From positions 1 through 59,500 of the IMG/VR virus record IMGVR_UViG_3300010052_000132: a DNA stretch of 59,500 nt; one strand, written 5' to 3'. The stretch is from a virus (lineage: Duplodnaviria; Caudoviricetes). A model generated the notes under the pieces. That model had not been told where the DNA came from. It ran no database searches and saw only the letters and a program-made list of their open reading frames with translations. This document shows positions 48,273 through 55,902 of the stretch, one piece after another; the stretch's first letter is position 1, and each line of letters opens with the position of its first letter. The position numbers and the translations under genes were made by a program.

Positions 48273-49129
48273 GATGCCACCTCCGGCCAGATGATCGCGA
48301 TGTCCATCTTGGACACCTCGTCCTCCCCGTAGGCCCAATGGATGGCTTGGCGCATCTTCTCCATGATCACCTCGCCATCCATGTCGGTGGCGTCGATCGA
48401 GAAGCCGACGCTGGTCATTTCGCCCTGAAAGCAGAAAGACGCGCTCACGCGGGCCATGTCGTCGCCAGTATCGGGCTCGGCATCGTATGCCTCACACCAG
48501 CAGGCGAAAGCCTCTTCCGGCGTGGCGTCCGGATCGCGATACAGAACCTTCCCGTCCAGCTTGAGCGAGATTTCGGCCGGATCGACCACCGAAACGCCGT
48601 CCCACTCCGAAACCGCTGCTGACTTCAGGCCCTTGAGGAGCGTGCCCGCCGCGCTGATACGGGGGATCAGCCACAAGGGTTCGTCGCAATCCTCGGTGTC
48701 ATAGTCGATAAAGGTGACAGCGATCTCTGCGGACGTGACCACGTCATGCACGATGCCATCCTCGACCGTGACGAGAACGCGCGGCGTAGGCAGGGCCAGC
48801 TGCTCGATCCAGACCGAGAAGCCCGACTCACCGTCCAGGTCATCCTGATCGAATGAGTGCTCGATGTTCAACATCCACTCATGATCGTCGGGCGATCCGC
48901 CCTCTTTCCAGATCACGCGCTGCGCTTGCAGCGCCCGAAGCTCCATCAGCAGCGCCTTGTCACGCTCAAGCGCGGGCAGCGGCTGGCCGAAAAGGTCAGC
49001 CAGGTCGTTCCGGATGATGTCGAGCATATCGAACGCCGCCGATACGGCGTCCTCCTGCGTCCAGTGAGCGGAGGAGCGCTCGTTCGGCACGTCGTAATGG
49101 GTGCCGCGCGTGATGTAGATAGCCGTCAT
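48269..49129 (-). CDS. Acidic hypothetical protein
   Basis: 286 aa Asp/Glu-rich; VLVTVEDGIVHDV...FIDYD motif. Confidence 0.7.
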   Translation of the reverse strand: MTAIYITRGTHYDVPNERSSAHWTQEDAVSAAFDMLDIIRNDLADLFGQPLPALERDKALLMELRALQAQRVIWKEGGSPDDHEWMLNIEHSFDQDDLDGESGFSVWIEQLALPTPRVLVTVEDGIVHDVVTSAEIAVTFIDYDTEDCDEPLWLIPRISAAGTLLKGLKSAAVSEWDGVSVVDPAEISLKLDGKVLYRDPDATPEEAFACWCEAYDAEPDTGDDMARVSASFCFQGEMTSVGFSIDATDMDGEVIMEKMRQAIHWAYGEDEVSKMDIAIIWPEVAS

Positions 49130-49563
49130 GCCTGCGCCTCCTCTTCGCCCGCCATCGGCAAGCGCTCGCTATCGCCGACATAGACGCGGCAATAGACCCA
49201 TGCCCCCCCTTCGGCTGGCTCGACCAGCGCGCCCGGTTCGACGTCGATCGCGTCGATCTGCAATTCCACCGCGCCCAGCCGGAAAGCCTCAGCCAGTTCG
49301 GGCCGATAGGAGCCATCACCCTTGGGTGCGGCCGACGGCTGGCTGCACGACGCGGAAAGCACGATTTTCGTTACATCGTTCGCAACCCATTCGCCGCAAG
49401 CGGTGGCGATCGTTTCAACATCGTCAGGACAGCTGCGATCGAACTGGTCCGATTCCAGATTGGCCCAACGGTGGACCGAGTTGATATCATGGCGTTCGAC
49501 ACGCCGAACAACCCGCTCCGCCGTGATTACAATCCGCTCGAATGTCACCTTGTAGAAAGCCAT
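49126..49563 (-). CDS. Hypothetical protein
   Basis: RBS GAAGGA; ATGA coupling downstream. Confidence 0.65.
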   Translation of the reverse strand: MAFYKVTFERIVITAERVVRRVERHDINSVHRWANLESDQFDRSCPDDVETIATACGEWVANDVTKIVLSASCSQPSAAPKGDGSYRPELAEAFRLGAVELQIDAIDVEPGALVEPAEGGAWVYCRVYVGDSERLPMAGEEEAQA

Positions 49564-49626
49564 GTTCGTTCCTTCGTTCCAATGCGGCACAAGCCCGGCG
49601 CCGCGCGGGTATCGGTCGAAAGGGGG

Positions 49627-51486
49627 TTAGGCAGCCAAGCGGAGCGGCCGGCGCTCCGACGGGGCCCAAAGGCGCGGCTCATCGCTGCGAACCGCCTGCA
49701 CAGCCGCCCAGCGCTCGGTCAGCACCGACATGGCAGAGACAGCGGCCCGGGCCTCTTCCCGTGCGTTCAACGCATCCCGCGCTGCTTCATTCCGCCGCGC
49801 CCGCATGCGGAGCAGCGTTTCCCGGACGGCCTGCCGCTTCGCCTTCAGCGTCTCCGCTTCCGCTCGTGCCGAATCGCGCTCGATCTCGGTCTGTCGCAAC
49901 TGTGCAACCGCCGCGCGCTTTGCCGCGCGGTGGCGCCATGCGGCGCGCAAGGCCTGTTCATGGCGCTCCGATCGGCGCGGCTGGCTCTCGACCACGTTCC
50001 CGCCGATCGCGATGCCCATGCGCTGGATAACCGCCTCCAGCGCTTCGATCCGGGCGACGAGGTCGGCGGGCCCAGGCTCCGACGACGTCATTGCAGGATT
50101 ATCATCCATCGTCTCGACATTGTCCTGCAGAATTGGGGCCGCTGCGGGGGCAGCCTGGACCGTCACCGGTTCGGCATCGGGCACGATGACTACGGCGCAT
50201 TCAGACGCCCTATCATCCATCGCGTCGCCCACATCGATCGCGATCGGGCGGCATGCTTCAGCGTATGCTGCCATTTCCGCCGCAGTCATCGAAAGCGCTC
50301 GACTTGGATCGATTTTCGGGGCGGCTGGAAGCTGGCAATCCGCCGGAACGGGCGCGCCTTGGTAATATGCGCCGCGGGGAATATCGACGAAAGTGGAAGG
50401 GTCGATGGGCCCGCACATTGCGCGGACCTGATAGGCGGTTAACTCGATGATACCGCCCTTCGTGCGCAGCGGCCTCGTCAATCCGTTCAGTTCATATGTG
50501 TCACCCTCCGCATGGTAACCTTTGGTCGGCGCGTCCGGATTGTGCATGACGACGCCGGCCCATCGGTCGTTACCGGCGCAGGTTACGAGTGAGGTGTACC
50601 CGTTGCCCTGCCATATCAGCTCATTCTTGCCGTGGGCGCGTTTCATCCGCACGAGCTGCGGAACGGGGATCGAAGGGTCGATTTCGGGAAGCGCGATAGG
50701 CGCGAGATCGTCGAGCCCGTGAAAGATGTTCTCCCATCGGGGAAACGCTTCCACGATCGGACGCGCGACGATCTCCACGGCGCCGACCGTTAGGGCAACC
50801 AAGGCGCGGTCTATCCTTATATCGACCGGCTGGCCACGGTGCAGCTTGATCGCGCCCCGTAGCGCCCCGATGGTAGATTGATCGATGATAACGCCCGGCA
50901 GATCATCGGCGCCATGAGGCAACGGATAGGTTGCTGCGCTCATCCCAAAGCCATCGGTGGCGACCATCGCTAGCCCGCCCGCAAAGCGTTCCAGCGCTAC
51001 GCCATGTAGCCACGGGCGGTTTACATCCTCTTTGGCCGCGAAGGGCGCGACTAGCTCCAGATCGGCCCCGAAACCGTCCGGCAGCGTGAAAGCGTGGCAA
51101 CCGGCCACCTCGGGCGTTGCTGGAAAGCTATTGTGGCATTCCCCGCCGATCGATGAACGGGCTTGCCCGCAAACGAGCGAAACCCGCTGCGCCCCCAATT
51201 TCCACGACATAGTTATAACCGACCCTCGCGGCTGGCGCTTGACGAAGTCCCGCAGGACATGCGCGCCGGCAAGTACGGAGCCTGCCTCCCCTTCGGCGGT
51301 GCCGGGCAGCTGAACCGAAGCCCATACATCGAGCGAGGTAGCACGAATGCGCAGGCCGCCCGCCTCGGGCGTGAGCTCAACCATGCTCAACTGCGGTATA
51401 GTGGTGTGACGCGAGACGATATGGCGCGCGAGATAATCCAGAACCGGCGCAAGCCTGTCGCGTTCGATTTCGATCGAATAAACCAT
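49627..51486 (-). CDS. DNA polymerase III beta-clamp-like domain fused to unknown and coiled-coil regions
   Basis: SRHTTIPQLS.V, RATSLD, RPWLHGV, MVATDG, ARPI...FPRW (DnaN domains 1-2), then unrelated sequence. Confidence 0.75.
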   Translation of the reverse strand: MVYSIEIERDRLAPVLDYLARHIVSRHTTIPQLSMVELTPEAGGLRIRATSLDVWASVQLPGTAEGEAGSVLAGAHVLRDFVKRQPRGSVITMSWKLGAQRVSLVCGQARSSIGGECHNSFPATPEVAGCHAFTLPDGFGADLELVAPFAAKEDVNRPWLHGVALERFAGGLAMVATDGFGMSAATYPLPHGADDLPGVIIDQSTIGALRGAIKLHRGQPVDIRIDRALVALTVGAVEIVARPIVEAFPRWENIFHGLDDLAPIALPEIDPSIPVPQLVRMKRAHGKNELIWQGNGYTSLVTCAGNDRWAGVVMHNPDAPTKGYHAEGDTYELNGLTRPLRTKGGIIELTAYQVRAMCGPIDPSTFVDIPRGAYYQGAPVPADCQLPAAPKIDPSRALSMTAAEMAAYAEACRPIAIDVGDAMDDRASECAVVIVPDAEPVTVQAAPAAAPILQDNVETMDDNPAMTSSEPGPADLVARIEALEAVIQRMGIAIGGNVVESQPRRSERHEQALRAAWRHRAAKRAAVAQLRQTEIERDSARAEAETLKAKRQAVRETLLRMRARRNEAARDALNAREEARAAVSAMSVLTERWAAVQAVRSDEPRLWAPSERRPLRLAA

Positions 51487-51502
51487 GAGATTTCCTTTCA
51501 GT

Positions 51503-51579
51503 GGCCCGCCTCATCAGCACCCGGGCGGCCTGTCCGGGCGGACGCTCCCCATGCGCCAGCCGCATGGGGGCGTTTCGGC
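51503..51579 (-). ncRNA. Type II hammerhead ribozyme HH1
   Basis: GCC-GAAA-stem III-GUC-stem I (CGCCCGG/CCGGGUG)-CUGAUGA-GGC; loop I GGCC can pair with 3' GGCC; cut between 51541 and 51540. Confidence 0.92.
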
Positions 51580-52199
51580 TATTGCAGCGCGGAGATTACC
51601 TCAGAGCGCACCACCGGCTGGCCGTCGGTCCAGTCGAGGGAGGCCAGCCAATTGGGCACAAAATGCCAATCGAAGCACTCGCAATAACCTTCGGTCTCAG
51701 TCTCCCGAACCCATGCGGCGTGACAGGCTGGCGCGAGCTGCAGCATCCAGTCGCGCACCTCGCTGTAGCCAATATTTTCGCATGACAGTTTAGCTGACTC
51801 CTGCCAGCTCCCCGGCTCCTGTAGTTCGCCCGCTACCGCGTCTAGGACAGCTTCCCATAGGCACTGTGCGGCCTCGGCGATGTCATGGCTTGTGATCGGC
51901 CCTCGCAGTGTGTTGCGGCCGCCTAGGCTGTACTCGAGCATAAGCGCTTCGGCGATGCTATCGGCGGCCCGCTCGGACGCGCAATCAGCGACGCATTCCG
52001 CAACGCCTTCGGGATCGACAAGATAGACGCTCCAGAAATGCGGACGGGTGCCGTCGCCGCGAATGTGCGCATGGCAGCCGTCATTGTCCTGAGTGACCGG
52101 ACGGACTTCCACGGCCCTGAACCGCTTGGCGTTGAAGTTGGTACCGACCGGATCGAACAGGCCGCCAGTCATCCACGGCCCGCGATATGCTGCGTTCAT
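51579..52199 (-). CDS. Hypothetical protein
   Basis: RBS AGGA downstream of HH2; FWSVYL...G.AECVAD motif. Confidence 0.7.
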   Translation of the reverse strand: MNAAYRGPWMTGGLFDPVGTNFNAKRFRAVEVRPVTQDNDGCHAHIRGDGTRPHFWSVYLVDPEGVAECVADCASERAADSIAEALMLEYSLGGRNTLRGPITSHDIAEAAQCLWEAVLDAVAGELQEPGSWQESAKLSCENIGYSEVRDWMLQLAPACHAAWVRETETEGYCECFDWHFVPNWLASLDWTDGQPVVRSEVISALQ

Positions 52200-52216
52200 C
52201 ACTTCGTTCCTAAAAT

Positions 52217-52284
52217 GGGCAGGCTCATCAGCGGCTGGATGCCCCCGCCAGCCGGACGCGCGGACGTAGCCCGCGCGTTTCGCC
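52217..52284 (-). ncRNA. Type II hammerhead ribozyme HH2
   Basis: GGC-GAAA-CGCGCGG..CCGCGCG-UC-CGGCUGG..CCAGCCG-CUGAUGA-GCC; pseudoknot GGGCA/UGCCC; cut between 52255 and 52254. Confidence 0.95.
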
Positions 52285-52285
52285 G

Positions 52286-52729
52286 TCAAAGTTCTGGGCA
52301 GTAGTCGCGGGCAAGCTCCCCAGCGTACCATTCCACTGCAAAGCGCAGCCCGGTCAGCGCGCCCTCCGCATAGCGCCCGCTGCGGTGGCCTTGTTGATAC
52401 TCCGCCAGCGTCCAAGGACGCTTGACAAGAAGACCGGTGAGAATCTGGCCTTCATTTATTTCCTCGTCACCATTGCGATAGGTGAACGGTTCGCCGACCT
52501 CTTCGCGATACGCCGCAAGGGCTTCCGCGATCTCGCACCGGTACCGATGCGCCATTTCCAGCATGGGGGCGGTATAGATCAGATCATGCCACCATCCCGT
52601 ATCGGTGCCGCGCATTGCGTCGACGAACGCGGTTCGCGTGCTTTCCGCAGTGCGCCGCCTTCTAGGCCATGCTCCCTCGCGAGCGCTTTCGAGGATCGTG
52701 CGGCGGACATAGGACTTTAGCCGGTTCAT
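52286..52729 (-). CDS. Hypothetical protein
   Basis: 147 aa; GWWHDLIYT...FAVEWYA. Confidence 0.7.
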   Translation of the reverse strand: MNRLKSYVRRTILESAREGAWPRRRRTAESTRTAFVDAMRGTDTGWWHDLIYTAPMLEMAHRYRCEIAEALAAYREEVGEPFTYRNGDEEINEGQILTGLLVKRPWTLAEYQQGHRSGRYAEGALTGLRFAVEWYAGELARDYCPEL

Positions 52730-52732
52730 CGG

Positions 52733-52852
52733 TCAGCCCTCCGCGTGAAAGGCAAGGATCAACAGGGCTGCGGCGCTTTTCATGCGGCGCAGGCTACGAC
52801 GATTCATGCGGCGCAACCTGGCCTCCGCAGTGCGGGTGCGATCGATACGCAT
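52733..52852 (-). CDS. 39-aa basic peptide
   Basis: RBS GAAGGA downstream of HH3; MRIDRTRTAEARLRRMNRRSLRRMKSAAALLILAFHAEG. Confidence 0.6.
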   Translation of the reverse strand: MRIDRTRTAEARLRRMNRRSLRRMKSAAALLILAFHAEG

Positions 52853-52869
52853 AGGTCAATTCCTTCTAG

Positions 52870-52932
52870 GGGCAGGCTCATCAGCGCGCGCTTGCCCTTG
52901 GCGCGCGGACCGGGCCGCAGCCCGGTTTCGCC
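52870..52932 (-). ncRNA. Type II hammerhead ribozyme HH3
   Basis: GGC-GAAA-CCGGGC..GCCCGG-UC-CGCGCGC..GCGCGCG-CUGAUGA-GCC; pseudoknot GGGCA/UGCCC; cut between 52908 and 52907. Confidence 0.95.
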
Positions 52933-52935
52933 TCA

Positions 52936-53196
52936 TCAGCGCCTGTTGCGGCGCTCTTCGCGCAGTTCGCGAGCAAAATGCTTCGTGAACTTGGCATTGA
53001 AAGCCCGGACATCGGCGGCGGCCCGATGATAGGCGCTGTGAGCTTGTAGGTACGGCTGCGAGAACTTGACCCGGTCAGGGGTGAGGCCCATCGGCCCGCT
53101 GCCCACGCCCGGAACGGCATTGAGCTGCGCGCTGGCATCCTTTGCAGCGGCGTAGAGGCGAGCCTGCAGCGCTTTCGCTTCCTGAAACGTCAACAT
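52936..53196 (-). CDS. Hypothetical phage protein
   Basis: GPMGLTPDRVK...RAFN motif; RBS GAAGGGA downstream of HH4. Confidence 0.75.
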   Translation of the reverse strand: MLTFQEAKALQARLYAAAKDASAQLNAVPGVGSGPMGLTPDRVKFSQPYLQAHSAYHRAAADVRAFNAKFTKHFARELREERRNRR

Positions 53197-53212
53197 ATCG
53201 GTTTCCCTTCAA

Positions 53213-53282
53213 GCCCTACCATCGTCAGGCGTCGCTAGGGCAAGCTGCGACGCGACCGACGGGACAAGCCCGCCGGTTTCGG
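53213..53282 (-). ncRNA. Type II hammerhead ribozyme HH4 (bulged short stem II variant)
   Basis: CC-GAAA-CCGGCGGG..CCCGUCGG-UC-GCGUCGC..GCGACGC-CUGACGA-UGG; pseudoknot GCCCUA/UAGGGC; cut between 53254 and 53253. Confidence 0.85.
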
Positions 53283-53283
53283 A

Positions 53284-53511
53284 TCAGTTGAGGGAAACGA
53301 GCACGCCTAGAACGGCCGTGCTGATAGCAAGCGCTGCAGCCATGAACCCAGCCAGCCGGATAACGAGGCGGTCCATCGCCGCATCGAGATCAGCCTTAGT
53401 CACAAGATCAGCGGCAGCGTTGCCCATACCGTGCGCAATAGCATCAGCTTGGCGGCGCTGGAAGCCGGCTCGCTCGAGGGTTTGAGAGAAAGTCAGGGTA
53501 TCGATACCCAT
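53284..53511 (-). CDS. DUF1640/CCDC90-like small membrane-anchored protein
   Basis: DTLTFSQTLERAGF...QADAI...LVTKADL plus C-terminal TM helix. Confidence 0.75.
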   Translation of the reverse strand: MGIDTLTFSQTLERAGFQRRQADAIAHGMGNAAADLVTKADLDAAMDRLVIRLAGFMAAALAISTAVLGVLVSLN

Positions 53512-53592
53512 CGCATTTGTCCTTTCGTTCTTGCCGGCGCCGTCGCATCGCGATCGGTCGGCATGCGGATAAAGACATAAACCGATGCGGCT

Positions 53593-53607
53593 CGCAATAG
53601 TTGCGTC
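53593..53607. promoter_or_regulatory. Palindromic operator candidate CGCAA-TAG-TTGCG
   Basis: 15-bp identical copy at 47968-47982; lies in the AT-richer upstream region of the operon. Confidence 0.5.
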
Positions 53608-53662
53608 GCACTGATCGCAAATAATTTTCGCAGCTCAATCCACAAATGGATGACGTGCGCGC

Positions 53663-53712
53663 GGGTCCTTCCTGGTGCGCGCGCGGGTGTAAGCGGTTAG
53701 GGACCGCATTTT
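53663..53712 (+). other. Putative cos packaging site (cosQ + cosN)
   Basis: GGGTCCT (lambda cosQ sequence) at 53663-53669; 23 bp later the dyad GCGGT-TAGGG-ACCGC, then a T tract; genome encodes a lambda-type terminase. Confidence 0.65.
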
Positions 53713-53931
53713 TCTCGCGAGACCGCCAAGAATACTTGTCGGATTGTATCAATTTCGAGAGTGCGGTAGGAAAACGGCGTGAGGTACAGTGCTGCGACCG
53801 AGGCCGATCGTAGATTCTTGCAGCCGGACTGGCAGACGACAGCGGAATAGGCAGGAGGCACGCATCGAAGGGGCCGCCCGGAGATCGAATGCCAGGCCAG
53901 CCGAGTCCCGCGCCGCGCAACGACAGAAGCG

Positions 53932-54267
53932 CTAGGGCCGCCACGGCTCCCGGGCGCCCAACAGCCGCTCATCAATCCAGAGCAGCTGCGCGAGCTTCAG
54001 GCGCTCCTCCTCTGGCAGCCGGCGCGGCGTTCCCCGCTTGATGAACTGCTGAAGGTAGGCCTCGTTCTTCCCCAGCTTGATCGACAGGCCCAGCAGGCTC
54101 TCGCCGCGCTCGGCCGCCACGCGCAGGATCGTGGCGCGGATCTCTTCACCTGATCGCTCTGCCATCGCCTCGACGATCCTCTCGACACCCGGCGACGCCG
54201 GCCGCTTCGCCGCGGCGCGCTGTCGGTGAAAGAAGGTCGTGACGAGTCGCTCTTGTTCGGATGCCAT
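53932..54267 (-). CDS. HTH DNA-binding protein
   Basis: LSIKLGKNEAYLQQFIKRGTPRRLPE. Confidence 0.75.
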   Translation of the reverse strand: MASEQERLVTTFFHRQRAAAKRPASPGVERIVEAMAERSGEEIRATILRVAAERGESLLGLSIKLGKNEAYLQQFIKRGTPRRLPEEERLKLAQLLWIDERLLGAREPWRP

Positions 54268-54291
54268 GGGCTCTTGATCGACAGCGAAGTC

Positions 54292-54474
54292 CTACAGCGC
54301 AAGAGCCGCCGCGACGATATCGAAATCCCACCCGCGATGCGACCAGTCGTAGAGGCCGGCGCGCCTCGGCTCGGTGCTGACCTGACCGCAGCGGAAGCGG
54401 AGCCAGACCATCGCGTTCGGATCCTTGGGGCGGGCCGTGGTGCCGGGGTTCGGGCGCCAGTGGAGGTCGGTCAA
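54292..54474 (-). CDS. Small hypothetical protein
   Basis: TTGA coupling; VWLRFRCG...DWSH...FDIVA. Confidence 0.5.
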   Translation of the reverse strand: MTDLHWRPNPGTTARPKDPNAMVWLRFRCGQVSTEPRRAGLYDWSHRGWDFDIVAAALAL

Positions 54475-54791
54475 GAGCCTAAGATGCGTTGTGACGGGAC
54501 GTAGGCCCGTTGGTGCTTGTCGACGTGGCATCCGGCCCGGCGCCACGCATCGAATGCTGGCCAGAAATCCGAATTGCCGGCGGGCTGTCGCGAGAGCGGA
54601 TCACCCCTGTCATCCACAAGCATTGGTCCGCAGACGCCGTGGAACTCGAAAGCCCGATATCTGCCGTTGACCATCAATCGGAATGGCCCGACTGAGCCGA
54701 GGCTCTGAGACCGACGATTAATGAAAGCCTCGCGTGCTGCTCTACGTTGCTCCTCAACGTCTGGGCGAAGCGGGTAGACGTTGTCGCTCAC
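54471..54791 (-). CDS. Hypothetical protein
   Basis: GTGA coupling, RBS GGAGG; FEFH..CGP....RGDP...FW motif. Confidence 0.65.
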   Translation of the reverse strand: MSDNVYPLRPDVEEQRRAAREAFINRRSQSLGSVGPFRLMVNGRYRAFEFHGVCGPMLVDDRGDPLSRQPAGNSDFWPAFDAWRRAGCHVDKHQRAYVPSQRILGS

Positions 54792-54961
54792 CGCCTCCCC
54801 TCCCGCCGCGCCGCATCGAGCACGAGCTCAAGCGCGTTCACTTCCTGCGCATGCTTCTCGCCTATCTCTTTCGACCTGGCGCCAATGCGATCGACCTTCG
54901 CCAGTTCGACCTTCACGCGCTTCATGCGCTCAACGACGACGATCGCCTCCCAAAGGTTCAT
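54788..54961 (-). CDS. Small helical hypothetical protein (57 aa)
   Basis: Coupled at both ends; MNLWEAIVVVERMK... Confidence 0.55.
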   Translation of the reverse strand: MNLWEAIVVVERMKRVKVELAKVDRIGARSKEIGEKHAQEVNALELVLDAARREGRR

Positions 54962-55599
54962 TCATCCCACCCGAACAGCTGATTGATCTCGGCGACATCG
55001 ATCCGGCCGTTCTCGTGCTGTGAACGGGCGCGATTGATCAGCGCGCGCCAGAAACGGCGAAATCGGCGCTCAAGCGGCCGATCCCAGCCGCCGCGCTTCT
55101 TCGCAAGCTGAAAGAACCGATGATATGCTCGGCGCGTGGGTGATCGCGGCGGGACGAACCGTCGCCAATGTTCGCTGCAGAGGAACTGGTCATTCGCCAG
55201 CCGTCCATCGGCCGCACAGGTCCGACGACATCCCTCAACGGCACAAGGGTTGCGTCCACGATGCTTCTCACAGCGCGCGATCTCTCCCTCGAGGTGCATG
55301 CTGAAATGTCGCTCGCCGCAGCAATTGCAGCCTGGCGCGGGCCGGACCTCGAATTGGTCGGCAACCGCGGCCCAAGAGGCATCGTTCTCGATAAACTTCT
55401 GCCAGTGCGACGCCTCGCTGACCTTCGAGCCATGCAGAGGGGATTCGACCAGCAGGAAAAATAGTGCGCTTGGCTGAGATGGATCGTGGCAACCGCTGTC
55501 CGAGCCATCGACCCGCTTGATCGTCGGGAAATGCGTTCGCCACTGCAAATACCGCCCGCTGGCGTGCCGAATGACGAACCGGTCGCCATGAGAGATCAC
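54958..55599 (-). CDS. Cys-rich zinc-binding hypothetical protein
   Basis: CNCC, CEKH, CAVEGC, CSEHW; GTGA coupling. Confidence 0.65.
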   Translation of the reverse strand: MISHGDRFVIRHASGRYLQWRTHFPTIKRVDGSDSGCHDPSQPSALFFLLVESPLHGSKVSEASHWQKFIENDASWAAVADQFEVRPAPGCNCCGERHFSMHLEGEIARCEKHRGRNPCAVEGCRRTCAADGRLANDQFLCSEHWRRFVPPRSPTRRAYHRFFQLAKKRGGWDRPLERRFRRFWRALINRARSQHENGRIDVAEINQLFGWDE

Positions 55600-55793
55600 C
55601 GCCTCCCCTCCCGCCGCGCCGGCCGATAGGGCAAGAGCGCCAGCTGAAATCCCTCGGTCGGGTACCGCGCGTCGAGCACGAGGCACACCGGGCAGCGGCA
55701 GCGCAGGAGGTCGAAGCGATCGGCCTGGATGATTATGGGGGCCGGCTTCATCGGCGACCAGACGATGCGCGGGGTGGGCTGGGAAACGAACAT
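55596..55793 (-). CDS. Small hypothetical protein
   Basis: RBS AGGAG; CRCPVC. Confidence 0.5.
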   Translation of the reverse strand: MFVSQPTPRIVWSPMKPAPIIIQADRFDLLRCRCPVCLVLDARYPTEGFQLALLPYRPARREGRR

Positions 55794-55902
55794 GGCGAAC
55801 TCCTGAGAGGTTGAGCCTCAGAAGATGCGCCAGCCGCGAAGATCGCAGGGGGCCGTTTGAGTGGCGTCGGCCTATGGCCACCGAAACAGGCTTGTGGAGG
55901 CA

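Noticed and set aside
52926-52942. Extra CUGAUGA-GGC-GAAA formed by the double stop codon just upstream of HH3
   Set aside because: No room for stem II and only ~3 bp of possible stem I; most simply tandem TGA stops abutting HH3
51500-53290. Recurring intergenic motif considered as a CRISPR array or attC-like cassette sites
   Set aside because: No identical repeats, and no cas or integron integrase genes; the conserved bases match the hammerhead core exactly
55794-55902. Intergenic gap in the modification operon examined for a ribozyme or sRNA
   Set aside because: No hammerhead core and only weak hairpins
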